Origin: Azolla caroliniana
Taxonomy: Eukaryota; Plantae; Polypodiophyta
Direction: 5' to 3'
Length of the DNA: 30,283 bases
Assembly: GCA_043228905.1 (NCBI GenBank)
Contig: JBHGNT010000377.1
Location: 1-30,283 of the forward strand
Position 1 is the stretch's first letter; every line of letters begins with the position of its first letter. Under the pieces are notes generated by a model. It saw only the letters and a program-made list of their open reading frames with translations. It had not been told where the DNA came from and did not search any database. Of the stretch, positions 1 to 13,433 are shown piece by piece. A program made the translations under genes and the position numbers.

Positions 1-2008
1 AGTGAAAGTAAGTGTTACAGAGAGCCCTCAGACCCAGCCAATCCAGAAACAAACCAAAGGAATACCTTCAGTTAGATTCTTCTAAGGAAACGATGTTTGC
101 ATAAATCCATAACATACTCAGGGTTCATCCATACATATTCTGGTTCTAAAGGACAAAAACGTTCATACAGCCAAAAAAATTCCAGTACTACTGGGGATTA
201 TGTATCATGGTAAAAAGATGATACATTGTAATTGCTTCAAATTTTTATTTATATTGATTATGAAACCACATGTATCCAGGAGTTATATGGTCTGGGACAA
301 AAAGCTAAGGCATCAGAGAGAGAATACAAAATTTTTGATGCAAGCAACATCTTTGTTAAGAAGACAAAGAGAAACATCAACCGTGTTTGAAGAGGTAATT
401 TTTTGTCTATAAACTTTGGTGACCTATTATCACCAGCCCATCAGCATTCCCATATGATCTGCAACACGGTGTCTCCTGAAGGGGGACTATTTTGACTATC
501 CATTTATTGATATTATCAATGTTATGTTCCTCTTCTACAAGAGACATTCACTTTGAACTGGTTTCTGAGACAGACAAGGTATGACAAATGTTGCATATCG
601 TGTTCAGAATAAAATGTAGAGTTGAAGTACATAATACACATTACCTCGGTGCTACAGACGAACACCTGCATGTGGAGCCATCACAAGCTATATAGTGAGC
701 AAGTTTGTTGTGCCCATTTGCATTAGCATGTGTGAGCAAAAGTGATGGGGCTCAAGGGGATTGGTGACGTGTAAAAGATAAAGCATAAAGAATCAGATAG
801 GGTTTCCATCTAGTGGCGAACAAGACTCATCCATGCACTATGTAGCCCACCTGTAAAAGAGGAGTAGCCACGCTCTAGCAAGTATATGGTTGGGTGAAGT
901 ACCCTTCCTCAGCAATGAGTTTGGCATTAAAACTTCCAAAACCAGTTCTCTAATTCTCTTATTCCCCTATTTCAATACATCCTCCTCCTCTTCACATAGA
1001 CATAAACGTTGCTTCTGATGAAGATGACTCACTTTGGATGATGTATCTTCTCCAAAGGAAAAAAAATTGTTTATTCATGGTTCTACTCCACTGTTTCTTC
1101 ATCAGATGTACAAGTGCTTCCAGCACGGCAGGATCTAACAAAATTAGATGCTTTAACAGCAAATCTTTGACAGGGTGGTGCAATTTTTTAAGTTCACTTT
1201 CATGCTTCACATTAAATCCACTCCTGTAAGGCCAAACTCAGTGGAAGATGTAGAACTGAATTCATTGAATGCAAAAAAACGGAGTCCAGATTTTCTTTAC
1301 CATGTCAATTAACAATAGGGTCTGTTTTCATGCGCCATAGAAGACAGTGCCACACCATACGTCACAACTCATTCACTCGATAGACAAACTGGCTGAAACT
1401 AATTGGGACCACTAAAGAAATCTCACCGATTACTCTCAGATTACACCCAGCCAGTTAACCAACCTCTTGTAGCAAACTCATAAATTCCAGACTTTCCTTT
1501 CACTCTAGTTTCCCACACAAGTTCTCTCACTATCACGAGACTATTACTATTTATTTTCAGCAGTTTCCCACGAGGCTTTTCACCCTCTCGTATATTGTCT
1601 ATGCCATTTTGAGCAATAATACAACTTCAGTTACTTCTTTGTTGGGTTAGGGTTGATAATTTATCGTCACTCATAAAGTTGTTAATTTCTGGGACGATTC
1701 ATTTCTTTCCCGTGAGTTTCATTGTATATTTGTATTCTCGTTAGATTCAATAGCCTACCTCCTTCAATATTATATCAGTTTCTACTATAATCCTAAATAT
1801 CCAGGAATCAAACCACCCAATATTAAAAGAAGAACATATTAAAAGCTTCCCTTCTCGTATCATCATTCATTAAACCACAAAAGATCAAAGGGAACAAAGT
1901 AAAAAACAAGAAGCATCTCTGTCTTACATCATCATGCATCAAACAGTCAGAGAATCAATATAAGAGAATGCTAACTTAAAAAAACACAGCCAAGCGAAAT
2001 GAACCAAC

Positions 2009-2295
2009 CTTTGCAGAAACCATATCGTTTCGCTTTACAGACTCTTTAATGGCCTTTCTCACGCCTTTCTCTTCACGTTCAATATCTGAAATTCACATGA
2101 AAAAGAGAAACTATGAGGGAGAAAGAAGCATTCCAAGGGATTATGTTCAGATCTGATATTCAGAATAATAAGAAGAAACTTACCACGAACTTGCCGTTCA
2201 ACGTTACGAGCTTCTTGTCGCAGCTTTCGCTGCCATTCGCGAAGCTGCTGCTGTGGATTAGGCTTAGGACGAAGCATGTTCTTCATCGCCTCCAT
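2009..2295 (-). CDS. VPS24: ESCRT-III subunit VPS24/CHMP3, first two exons (gene continues beyond the left edge of the window)
   Basis: Exon 1 2295-2184 (MEAMKNMLRPKPNPQQQLREWQRKLRQEARNVERQVR, donor GTAAGT). Exon 2 2085-2009 (acceptor TTCAG; DIEREEKGVRKAIKESVKRNDMVSAK; donor GTTGGT). Phases agree and the peptide matches the plant Snf7-family VPS24 N-terminus. No further exon recognised in 1-2008. Confidence 0.92.
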
Positions 2296-3644
2296 CGCTG
2301 ATCCTTCTCTGTTTCTTTCTTTCTTCTTCTCGGATGCACACAGGGAAGTAAACAATCTGACTCATTTGCTAACCATGGTTGACATTAAACCCTGGTTAGC
2401 CATGATCAAAAGCGTGAACCCTGGTTAGATTTTAACCCTGCCCCACTTTACATTTCTATTTGGAGAATTTGTCAAAATGTCCCAATTTCGACCATTTTTG
2501 GAAGATGATGACTATCGTGTGTATTTTAAAACGTCACGCGATGAATTGAATCGGTTTCCTTCGGCCAGTTCGATCACCAATTTAAGACGCAAAAAAATCA
2601 TTTTCCATAACAATCACGATATCTATGATACATGTCTTGAAAAAAAAATCATTTTCCATAACTCGATGGTGGTAGTGGTGGTGGTGCTCTCATGCAAAAA
2701 GTTTTTTATTTGGGTGGTGGTGCTAGAATGATGTTGAAGCTGGGGCACAGAAAGTCATTGTGTTCCCTTCCTTTTTGTTGATTGAGAATAATAAATGGTC
2801 TAGTAATTTCTCAATAGTTTAAGGTATTTTGACAAATACAAAAGTAAAGTTTGTATTTCGACAAATTGGTCGTAATGAAATGATAGTATTATCAACCCTA
2901 ATTGTTTGGGAAGAAATTTATTAATGACTAATCTAACTTATCAAGGGAGACACATCATAATCTCAATAGCAATGGAGTGTTGAGTATATAAGTTCAACAT
3001 TATTGTCCTTGTGCCGCTTCTTAGGCATTGGCCCTAAAAGCTTGATCGAAATATATAAGTGATAGCACATGAGCTTAAACTAGGGAGGTTCAATTATTAG
3101 AAACCGAATATCAAATTACAACAAATAACAAATGTTGGTAATGTGGTCACATAACACATCAAGCATCCTATTGAGATGCACTTTGAAATGGGAATGAATT
3201 CTCTTTGTCACATTTTTATTTGGATACAAAATAACTAGCTATGCAAAAAGTCCCAACTCTATATAGATATTCCTTACGCCTAATACCTATCAAGGTACAA
3301 CCCCATTCCACACATGGCATTGTCCTACATTCCCATGTGGCTATGGCCATAGGCAATCGTGATAGATACTAATTCTCATAATCATGCGAATTGTAGAAAG
3401 AATACTAAGTAAGTTGGGTTCACACATGGGAACATTGTTGTTGCACTTGAGGATTTGCAAATGTTGTGTGTGATATTGTGAGATTATGTCCTTCAAGAAT
3501 ATCATATAAGAGTCGCAATTGCAAACAATTTATGGCTTTGTACATTCAATAAACACATTAGCCAAGTCAGTGTACAAATGTAGAAAGGCAAGCTAAACGA
3601 CCTAGTATTATGGCATTAATGTCTAGATTTCAAAGTCCATGAGA

Positions 3645-3735
3645 ATGTATATTGCAACACAATAGGCATTAAGTTTGTCTCGCAATGTAGTTATTCTTTC
3701 GTACTTTTGTATGTATATTGCAACACAATAGGCAT
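3645..3735. repeat. 25-bp perfect direct repeat
   Basis: ATGTATATTGCAACACAATAGGCAT at 3645-3669 and 3711-3735. Confidence 0.9.
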
Positions 3736-5126
3736 CGTTTCAAATAGAAATTTACTTTAGTGTGTACACGAATAAAATTCTAAGGACAAATTTTAGTGAT
3801 TATTTTTCTTTTTTAAACACCATATCAAGGAACTACCTCTTTCATTGGAATAAGTCTTCCTTATGAAAATAACATGAGGTTTTGATATGGATATTTTATT
3901 TTTCCCATGTAGTTTTTTGAAGATCAATCACAAGAAGAATGCATAACTATTATGTAACATTATTTCCTCATATTTTTCAATTCATCATTTTAACACAAAT
4001 ACTTTTAGGATGACCTTAAGAATACATTATCCCATGGGAGAACATTTAGCGACCATGTTAGATAGAAGGTGTAGTAATTAGAGCCACATAATTCAAACTG
4101 GTTGTGAATCATTACAATTTGATTCAAACACATTCTTGCATGTTTGTAGAACAAGGGCAAAACACCCGAATAACCATGGCCATGAATCACACTAATTCAT
4201 ATAAGGTCATTGTTTAAGATGTGGGAGTGATTGCAAAATTACCACGAATTTCAAATTTCTATGTGGATGTTTAAAAACAATTCTCTTTTTTTTTCCCTCT
4301 TTCTGATTGTTGAGCATTGGCATTTGAGGAAATAAAGAAGATTGAAGGGAAAAATTTCCATAGTCCCATAGGTGGCAAATCAAGATCCATAAACCAAGCC
4401 TACCACCTTCCTCCCCTATGAGAACCCATGTCACTTAACTCTCAATTATTTGGAAATACCTCGGCTAACAACTCGGTAATTTTTGTTTTCATACATCTAC
4501 TACATTCAATCATTACACAAAAAGATGCGAACAAGAGAATAATAGAATAGGAAGGGAGAAAACGAGGACAATTTATAAAATGAAGCAGTAACGCCAAAAA
4601 TTCTCTCAAATTCAATCAAGGCCCATCTAATCACATGCTAAATTTGTTTTTAGTTCTCTTATTCGTTTCAATGATCTTAGTAGGCATAAAGATTAGAACC
4701 ACAATGAAAAATTTGAAGTATCGAGCCAATAAGATGATGTGCTAAACAAGTAAGGCCAACCAAAACCCAAGACATTCGGTTGGACAATCCAATATTTATC
4801 GAGACTCAGATCCCAACACTAGTCCCATTTCATCAGATCGAGTCAACATAGTTTATGTCTCATATGTTTAACTTAGTAAATCTATGTGCAAACGAGTCAT
4901 CACCTCCGCTCCTTCAGCATCACGACGAAGATAAGTTTTAATTGTAAGGAAAAAGTGAAAAGAACGAGAGAAACTCCAACAAGACATAAAGAAAAAGTTC
5001 AACTAAAAGGGGTAGAATTGATATTACCCATTTGTTCGAAAAGGGCATCCTTTAGATATTCGTAAAAGTGTGAGAAAACAGAGAAGAAAGCAGGGTAGTT
5101 GAAGAAGAACACAGAGAGGAGAAGAG

Positions 5127-6102
5127 ATGAGGAGACAGAGGAGCGATGATAGGTCACCACCTCCATCTCTCCTCTCACGAGCCGTAAATCGTGTCTTTGA
5201 TTTCATTCGTCTGGCAGAGTTCGAGATCCTCTTTGTTCTCTTCCTCCTCATCGTTTACATCCTCTTCAAAGATCTGGTAAGCAAACTCTCCGTCTAAGAT
5301 TATCCTGATTTTTATTGCTAAGCTATTGTAAGAACTTGTTTTTTTTTTTGAAGTTTTGTTTCCAGAGGTAAAAGGTCGGATGTAAATTTTTAGGGTTAGG
5401 TTTTTTACTGTACACCATTGTAATGTTGAAGAACCGGATAGTTTTTTGCGTTGAGTGATTCTCTTTCGAACCAGGGTTATTTATGATTTGATTTTAAGAG
5501 TTAAAATTATGGAAATCATGTCGACATGTTTGGCTTTTTCCTAATTCAAATCCAAATATTTGTTATGTATTTGGAGGTTTTTTTCCATTAATTTAGTTTA
5601 ATCTCAGCAAGGCTTAAAATTTTCCATTAGTTTGATTTATTTTCGAAAATTGTCGTTTGATCTAGTTTTCCTTTAGATACTTTAAGGTAGAAAAGACCTA
5701 AACGCTCCTGTACGATATTCTAATGATAATCCTTGTCCATTGATGATGATGATGGCGGTGTTTGTTGATGATGAAACTGCTCATGTTTTTTTACACAGGA
5801 TTTTTTTTCCTATCCATCATGAATGGTTTAGGTTCATCTATGTGTATGACAGGGGAATGATGAATTCCTTCTTTAATGGCATTAGAGATCTTGACATCCC
5901 ACCCCCTCAAAGAAACAACGAACATTTAACTAGCATAATGATCTTGAAAACAAGTTTTTCTTTCTTTCTTGCCTTTGTTTTTGTAGTAAATTCATCTGAT
6001 TCAAAGAAAACCTTACAACATAACTTGTTACAGACTTCTCGGCCAGAATACAATCAGCTTCTTGTGAAGGACAAAAGCCAGGGTGGCCGCTTTTCTACTT
6101 GA
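5127..6102 (+). CDS. 72-aa single-pass membrane microprotein of unknown function, two exons
   Basis: Exon 1 5127-5276 (ATG to CTG|GTAAGC, 50 codons) and exon 2 6034-6102 (TTACAG|ACT to TGA), phase 0. Protein MRRQRSDDRSPPPSLLSRAVNRVFDFIRLAEFEILFVLFLLIVYILFKDLTSRPEYNQLLVKDKSQGGRFST with one hydrophobic helix. Purine-rich leader and T-rich intron. From memory it resembles uncharacterised plant small proteins with AEFEILF...FKDLTSRPEYNQ (not verified by search). Confidence 0.85.
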
Positions 6103-7877
6103 GCTGTTAGGGTTTATGTTTTCTCTTCAAGAAACTCTAATAATATCGTGAAAGCATAAGTTAATGTTCAATTCGAAGAATTGTCATCTCTTGCTTGGGA
6201 CTGTTCATGTGACCAGGGGACTGCTTTATTTTCAGTCACAATGATAAGAGATGGGATTTTGCCTGCATAAAACAAACCTTTATTCTTCTTAAAATCCCAA
6301 CAGCAGAAGTTGAGAGAACATTATCATATGTCTGTGTAAGCTTCCTCCAATGAAATGTAAACTTGATGTGGTATATACTGTGCTTGTATCAATGCATTCA
6401 TGATTGTGGTGTAACCTTGATTGGCCATGAACTAGCAATAATTGCTAAAATGGGAATGTTATTAATGTTTAATCAAGAACTTCTTATGCTCTTTGCTATA
6501 AATTTTGACTAAAGTTTTGTATCGAGCTTTGATTTAATTTAAAGAGATCAATAAGATGTGTAGAACACAAGGTTTTGACATTGCCATGAAATAAAATTAA
6601 TTGGTGGTCTGAGGAGGAATTTGAGGGTATTGTCTAGTTAGAAATGGTTGCAACATAGAGGATAATGTTTCATTCATATGGTATAGGATGGCCTTGCCAA
6701 GGAATGGCTTGGCCTCTTGGATGTAATACAATAACATAAAATCAACGAAACATAGAAAAACTATAATGAAGAATGAATCGTTTAGAGATTGTGAGTATTT
6801 TACAAAATTCCCAAACATTGAAATGAACTTATTGAAATGTTTCATTGCAAGTGTAGTTCCTACATCTCCTAGCTTGGATATGTTGTGCATAATACAATAT
6901 ATTGACTATTATTTGCTCTCTTGTAATGTATTCACCTAGAAATAAAGTATAGATTTGCAAACCCTCATGTGCTTTGGCATTAGATAAGTTTTGATAAGCT
7001 TGATAATATTATCTCTACAATGCACTTGTTACCCATAATGGATCCCAATATGCTATTTATTTAGGAACAAATACCAAATCTTTTGTGATAGGGATCGTCT
7101 TAATCCAAGACGGGAAGCCCAATTGCCTTGGAAAGTGAAAGGTCGAGTATAAACACACAAAATGATCTACATGTGATTAGTAGGAGTTATTTGGTATTAT
7201 CCATGCTCTAAAACAAGTTAACAATAGTGCCATAAAATGTATGGATCTACATGTGAAGTTTTGTTTGATCATGAACACATGAAATGATTTGTGAATAGAA
7301 TGAACTCAAAGGGCAAAATATGTAGATGGGTGCAAACATTATTGATGAAGAAGTGCTCGTTAATATTAGAGTAATGATTGTACGAGGGTATACTAGGGGG
7401 GGGGGAGGAAGAAGAGTGAAATATCATCACATAGTTTCTTTATTTCCCAAATGTTTCTAGGTTGACCAAGATGGAATACTTGAATATACATCTAACAATT
7501 TCTTTTTGGGTAAAGCAAATGAATTTACCATAGAATTGCCAAATATCACATACAATTAAGGGATTGTAAAGGAAATGTTAGGTTTGTATTTATGAAATAG
7601 GTAGAATTGCCAAATATATTAAAAGAGTTATCTTCAACTTAAACTACTACATTGACCGATTAGTACAAAACTCAAATTTTCATCATAGAGTAATCAATAA
7701 TTGAACATTGTCACTATCTTAAGTTTTAACATCATCGCTGAAAAATCATCTTTGTAACTACACTTTTTTATGGTAACGTACAATTACATGCGTAATCCCA
7801 TGATATAGCTTATCAGCCACAAATGGCCAGTTCTAGATACCATGCATGTCGTTTACTAGACTCATCGGAGGAAAATA

Positions 7878-7963
7878 AAGGGCATTTTGGGAAATTTTAA
7901 AAAATGCAGGGGTAGTTTCGAAATTATCTAAAGGCAGCGAAGAGGGGTATTTTTGTAAATCTC
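7878..7963. repeat. Three GGGYA(T/G)TT..AAAT sub-repeats resembling a Mutator-like TIR relic
   Basis: AAGGGCATTTTGGGAAAT, GGGGTAGTTTCGAAAT and GGGGTATTTTTGTAAAT, ending just upstream of the RimP-like ATG. MULE origin is inference. Confidence 0.35.
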
Positions 7964-8364
7964 TGAAAATGATACACCGAGGGAGTGTCAGAGATGAACA
8001 TCTGTAGCAGGTCCTTCGCCAGAGCTATGTGCTTATCACTACAGAAGTGCAGGCCGTGAGACGCTTTCTCGGTTTATTGGGTTCCGGGTGCCCTTACAAA
8101 AGGAACAAGGTTCCACAGCTCGGAGAGAAACCCTACTTTTTTTCCTCCGAGCAAGAGAGGGTTAGTTCATGCAAATCATCTCAAGCTAAGACAAACAAAC
8201 TAGAGAAAATTAGTTCACGATGGGCGCCAGAAAAGAATAGAAATGTATTGTTAGTTTATGACGATGAATTTGATGAACAGGACAATAAACTCAGGAATGA
8301 TCTCGATGCAGGTAATTGTTTCTTCACATGCTTAACTCGATTCTTTATTTTCTTAAGAACCTAG

Positions 8365-8595
8365 GGTTGATGGTAATATTGATGAATGATGAATGATGGT
8401 GATGGACGACACAAGGGCATGATGGTGAGTGTTGATGAGTCATCAATGCACGACCATAACAATTGACAAAGGATGCATGATGATCGATGGATGATAAATG
8501 ATGCATGGCAGATGTATGATGAATGATGGCATGATGCATGATGAATGTCGAATGAGAGATAAATTGTGATGAATGAGGCATGATGGCATGATCAA
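8365..8595. repeat. Degenerate (GAT/TGA)n low-complexity tract in RimP-like intron 1
   Basis: Dense GATGA, TGATG and GCATGATG words; produces the spurious His-rich antisense ORF 8345..8581. Confidence 0.75.
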
Positions 8596-10141
8596 GAAGA
8601 ATCTTAGATATCTGCGTATAATGTGTTTGGAGATATAGCCTCTTTATATATGTATGGGTATACCATAGGTTGAATAAGATGTTGGTGGTGAGGATATTTT
8701 TATTCTGGGCATTTTAAGAATATTTGTTTCAGTTTGCAGAATCAATCAAGTGTGAAGAAGAAGATGAGGATGATGCTGTTACTGATGATGTATTGGAAGA
8801 AGAAGGTGAAGGAATTGGTGATGTTCAGGTATATTTTATTGTTCCTTCGACCCCTTTCTACAGTATAAAGATAGAAAAACCAGTGACAAAGAATGCTCTT
8901 GACATGTAGCATGGAATACCTGTATTTATTGATAGCAAGATCCTATAACTTCAATTGAAAAAGAAAAAGCTTCGTTTGAAGGGAATGTCTACATAATAAA
9001 GCTTGGAGGGATGGTGACAGAACTGAGAGGAATATTTATCAGTTAATTTACGAAATGTATTTTATTGAAGAGAATCACACTGACAAGAGATTTTAAGTTA
9101 TACCACCCCAGTTATTGTAATTGAACCTTATTTAATATTGATTTTTTTAGGTATTTATCTACAGACACATGCATCATACCAGCACATTGTATTAAAGTTT
9201 AAAAAAAACAATAGAAACTCAGAAGAGAGTAGTTTTACGTAAGTAATCTTCTCATAATATACTATAGTTGGGCTTAAAAAGCTTCTTATTGCTGCCATGA
9301 AGTTTAGATCCAGATCTCCCATTACTTTTGTAATGCAAGATGATGTATTGAAATCTTCATTACCACCTAATTCATATGTTTTGAGAAACAAACAAAATGC
9401 TTCGAGATTTGACCCAGTGTTTGAGTATATTAATTCGGGAGGACTCAGTGAAACTGATTTTTCTTAGAGGTATGTGAAACTGATTTATGTTTCTTGTTTG
9501 AAATAGTGCAAAATCTCCAGAGATTGTTGTTATTTGTTAACTTGTTTTCTGTATATTTGCTCATTCAACCCATTTATGAAATACAAAATATTCACCAGGT
9601 TTGGCACATTGTAAATGGTTTGCCAGTTTGGTGATGGACGAATTGGGTATGGGGTGAACTTAGAACAGAAACTGTGGGGAGAAAGGGTTCTCATAATTGC
9701 AACGGAAGTTTTGGAGGAATTCGGAAGCAATTTCTCCGTATATGCATTCAAGGCTTCTGGAAAAGGTTGTCTCTATGTGCGTCTTGACAAGTTTTTGAAT
9801 AGTTAGTAATACAACCTAATATCTCATATAATTTGCCAAGTAATATGAAAGGATTGATAGAATGTCAAAAGTGTACATATTATCAAAACTCCTTCGTTGG
9901 ACTTGTTTTCACATTGTTTGCAGGCATTATCGCAAGGAATGCATTTTACTGATGAATTCCCTAGGTTTATTATTATGTCTGAAGTTTGAACATTAGTTGT
10001 CTAGATTGTGTCACCAGAGATGCCATCCACTCGTGGATCGATCAATTACCTGTTGACTCCTACAGTATATGTATGCTCATAACATCTGGACTATCCCTTT
10101 TTGCTATGATAAAAGGGAGTGAAAGAGGCTTGAAAGGCAAC

Positions 10142-10372
<231 letters not shown>

Positions 10373-12977
10373 ATCTAATGCTCTTGGTTCCTTATAGGTA
10401 TGGATCCCCGACAATGGTAGAGATTAAAAGCTTTTCCCATATAGATATATATGGGAAACATCTGGAAGAGGGAGTGCAAGACGGTACTCTTCCGAGCAAT
10501 TTGGCATTGGAGGTAGTGCATGCATTCTTGCCTCGTGTACACAGCAAATGTTACCAAACTCTTTCAATATTTGTATTAATAGACAAGTCATCCTTGTGTT
10601 AGGTTTCCTCTCCTAGAGCGGAAAGAGTCGTGGAGGTCCCAGAGCAACTTGAAAGGTTCAAAGACCTTCCGATGCTTGTGAGATATGTGGAAGAAACAAA
10701 TGACACCTCTGGTTGTGAGGTATTGAAAGACAAGGTTTTAACACTAGAGTCATTTGAAGTTGAATCAGAAATTGAATCCTTCACTTGTGGGAAAATATAA
10801 GCACGCGTAAGATGCCAGTTATATGATATTTTCTCTATTGTAAAAGAAATAATAGAGAGGGAGGGAGACAACATTTGCCAGTTATATTCAGATAGTTAAT
10901 TGGACCTCATGTAGCAACAATAAAGACAAATCATGTCTCTCTCATGCTCTTTCTTACGTAGAGAAATAACAATGATCATGACTTACATTTCTTTACGGTG
11001 TTGCTTCTTTGCATGTTTGTCTATGTTTGTGAGGATTGATAGAGTCTATGTATGGATCCAAAAAATTATGAGGGATTTACCAAAGTTAGTTCACTTAGTT
11101 TGCCTTATTATTGCTTTCTTGCTAGCACAAGACATTGATTTTGAATACGATCATTCATCACTTTAGAAGATTATAAATACATCACAAAGTTCCTAAAATT
11201 ATAGTAGGATTAAAGTAGAACCCAAGAAAAGCTATTATAGACACATCGAACAACCCTAATATTTTATCAAGAATTGTTGTCTACCTTTGTATTTCTAGTA
11301 TGCAATTGTTTAATCTACATTTAAAAAGTCACATCTAATACAATTATGACAACATAGATATCATCCAAATCTCGATGGAGCAAGTTGTTGAACCACTTTT
11401 GTATCACCTTGGTTTCCAATGGCAACCAATGTTTTTCTTTGATAAACCACTTTGCTCCAAACAAGGCCTAGTTTAGATTGTGTATGGATATGGAAATCCA
11501 TCATGATGTGATGTAAAACATTAGACAAGACAAGTGTTGGCTTATGATATCCACTTGTGCAAGTTAAAGAATTAAAACCTTTTGCTCCAATAATTTATGG
11601 TTCAAATTGAGTATCCGGATGAAATCCAACATAGTGTGGTACATTGAACAACTTTGTCAATATCGGAAAGAGGGTGTACGACAACACACCAACTCGATCA
11701 ATTGCGAACGACCTTTCAATTGATCACATAACTTGAAAGCCTACCGTTAATGTTAATGCTGATGGCAATTCATCACTGTGATTACTTTTCTTGGTGACGA
11801 AATAGAGAATATATTTTATTTATTTTTCGTGTTACGTTGGAATATCCTTGTAATGATTCCATTCATTCAATGATTTGTACAACTTGAAACTCTCTTAGGT
11901 GGAAGAATTCCTATTTTCCTTTGTTTGAATATCCAGGTAATGATTTCCATATATCTTCTATTTTGTTATGTGTGTGACAGACAACATGCATGTTTTGGCA
12001 TGTGCCTTAAAGATGCCTTTTCAAGCATTAAATGACCCCTTGCAAAATCATTCCCCACAAAGAAAGATTGTGATTAAAAAGCTTGCAACCCCTCAAATTT
12101 TAGAGACATTCCGATATATCGCTTAATTCTTGATAGGAGAAACCTTACTTGCCTCAAATCCTAATGTTTACGATACTATTGAAATGAAATAAATAGAAGG
12201 GTAAATTCTGGACCACATTATAATGATCGTGCGGTTGGTAAGGATTACTTATCTTGGTCTTTTTCTTTCCTCCCCTTTAGTAATCTGTCATTGTCGGAAC
12301 ATGTTTTTACCACTTCCTCATTGAAATTGACTCTTAAACGGGAGCATCGTGAATATTCCACTTAATCCAATTGGGTGGTTGTTTGAAACACAAACCAAGC
12401 CAATACTTTTCATTCACGTGCCAATTCGATAAATCAATATCTTAGCATGGGAATACATCCCACCATCATCAATGATCTTGGAGCCATATTAGGGCCTTGT
12501 CACCCCAATTGATCCCAATTGGAATATGTCCCTCGATGTCCAAAATGTTTGCAACATATAGGAACTCAAAATTATCCATATGAAGGCTTTAGATGTTCAT
12601 CATGGAGGTGTCTAAAGTTAGATCACATTGGTCTAAGCTAGGTTTTTGTAGACGATTAAGATAGACAAAATTAGCCATTACATATAAATTGTAACAGAAC
12701 ACGAGTATAATTTCCCAACCCAATTCTACCATACGTTCATGAATCCCATGCCTTGATTTCAACTGACACACAAGTTCTCATGTTAGCTCAGAGCCAAATT
12801 TGTAGCTCTGTACGTCGATCCACGTCTTGGACACACACACATATCCAAAATATTGAAGAGCACAAAGGCAAAGTCAGTTGTCAACATATGTATATCCATG
12901 GGCGACTTGTACTCTCCTTATTAAAAGTCTATTGAAACCCATCCCATCCACAATAAAGCACTTCTAACACTTGTTTA

Positions 12978-13275
12978 TGGAACCGGAACACTTCAGGGCT
13001 TTTATGGGCTTCACAAGAGGGGTGAGCGAAAAGCATCACAAGCATTATGTACGAGAACACTATACACACATAACACTCGTGGAGAGCCCGAACAAGATGG
13101 CCACATGTGTGTGGAACCAGAACACTTAAGGGCTTTTATGGGCTTCATGAGAGGGGTGAGCGGAAAGCATCACGAGCATTATGTACGAGAGAACACGTAA
13201 CAGTTGCGGAGAGCCCGAACCAGATGGCCTGTGCGTGGAACTGTATGCCCTGGCTTTTCTGGGCTTCACGAGCAT
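12978..13275. repeat. About 2.3 copies of a 124-134 bp tandem repeat upstream of CDKA
   Basis: Units start TGGAAC at 12978, 13112 and 13236 and share GGCTTTT(A/C)TGGGCTTCA. The two full units also share GAGGGGTGAGCG, GCATTATGTACGAGA and GGAGAGCCCGAAC. Confidence 0.92.
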
Positions 13276-13332
13276 ATGTTGTTTGTTGTTGGTGGGCGAG
13301 AGGATTAAGGGCCTAGACAAGGGATGGGACGA

Positions 13333-13433
13333 CCAATGGGGCGACGCCACGCGGAAATAGGGAAAATGATTGATTAATGATTTTTTTAATAATAGTAATT
13401 ATAATAATTAATAATATTATTACTCTTTCGCGG
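13333..13433 (+). promoter_or_regulatory. Candidate CDKA proximal promoter: CCAAT box and E2F-consensus site
   Basis: CCAAT at about 13333; TTTCGCGG (fits TTTSSCGS) at 13426-13433; followed by a CT-rich 5' leader. Confidence 0.45.

Noticed and set aside
645-665. Possible 21-nt in-frame microexon (GCAG|GTGTTCGTCTGTAGCACCGAG|GTAATG, minus strand) in VPS24 intron 2
   Set aside because: Weak polypyrimidine tract, and VFVCSTE does not fit the VPS24 sequence expected after SAK; such sites arise by chance.
5740-6102. 120-aa ORF in the ORF track
   Set aside because: Only the last 22 codons are real (microprotein exon 2); the rest is open intron.
2462-7963. Pack-MULE spanning the microprotein gene, bounded by similar inverted GGG.ATTTT..AAAT ends
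   Set aside because: The ends are only loosely similar and there is no matching 9-11 bp TSD in the flanks.
8345-8581. His-rich 78-aa ORF
   Set aside because: By-product of the (GAT/TGA)n low-complexity intron tract.
11330-12900. Coding-like decayed region; minus-strand DELPSALTLTVGFQVM resembles a PIF1/Helitron helicase motif
   Set aside because: A single short motif with no other helicase motif recognised; needs an HMM search.
12978-13275. CRISPR-like array
   Set aside because: Eukaryotic context; the whole unit is duplicated with no unique spacers and no cas genes.
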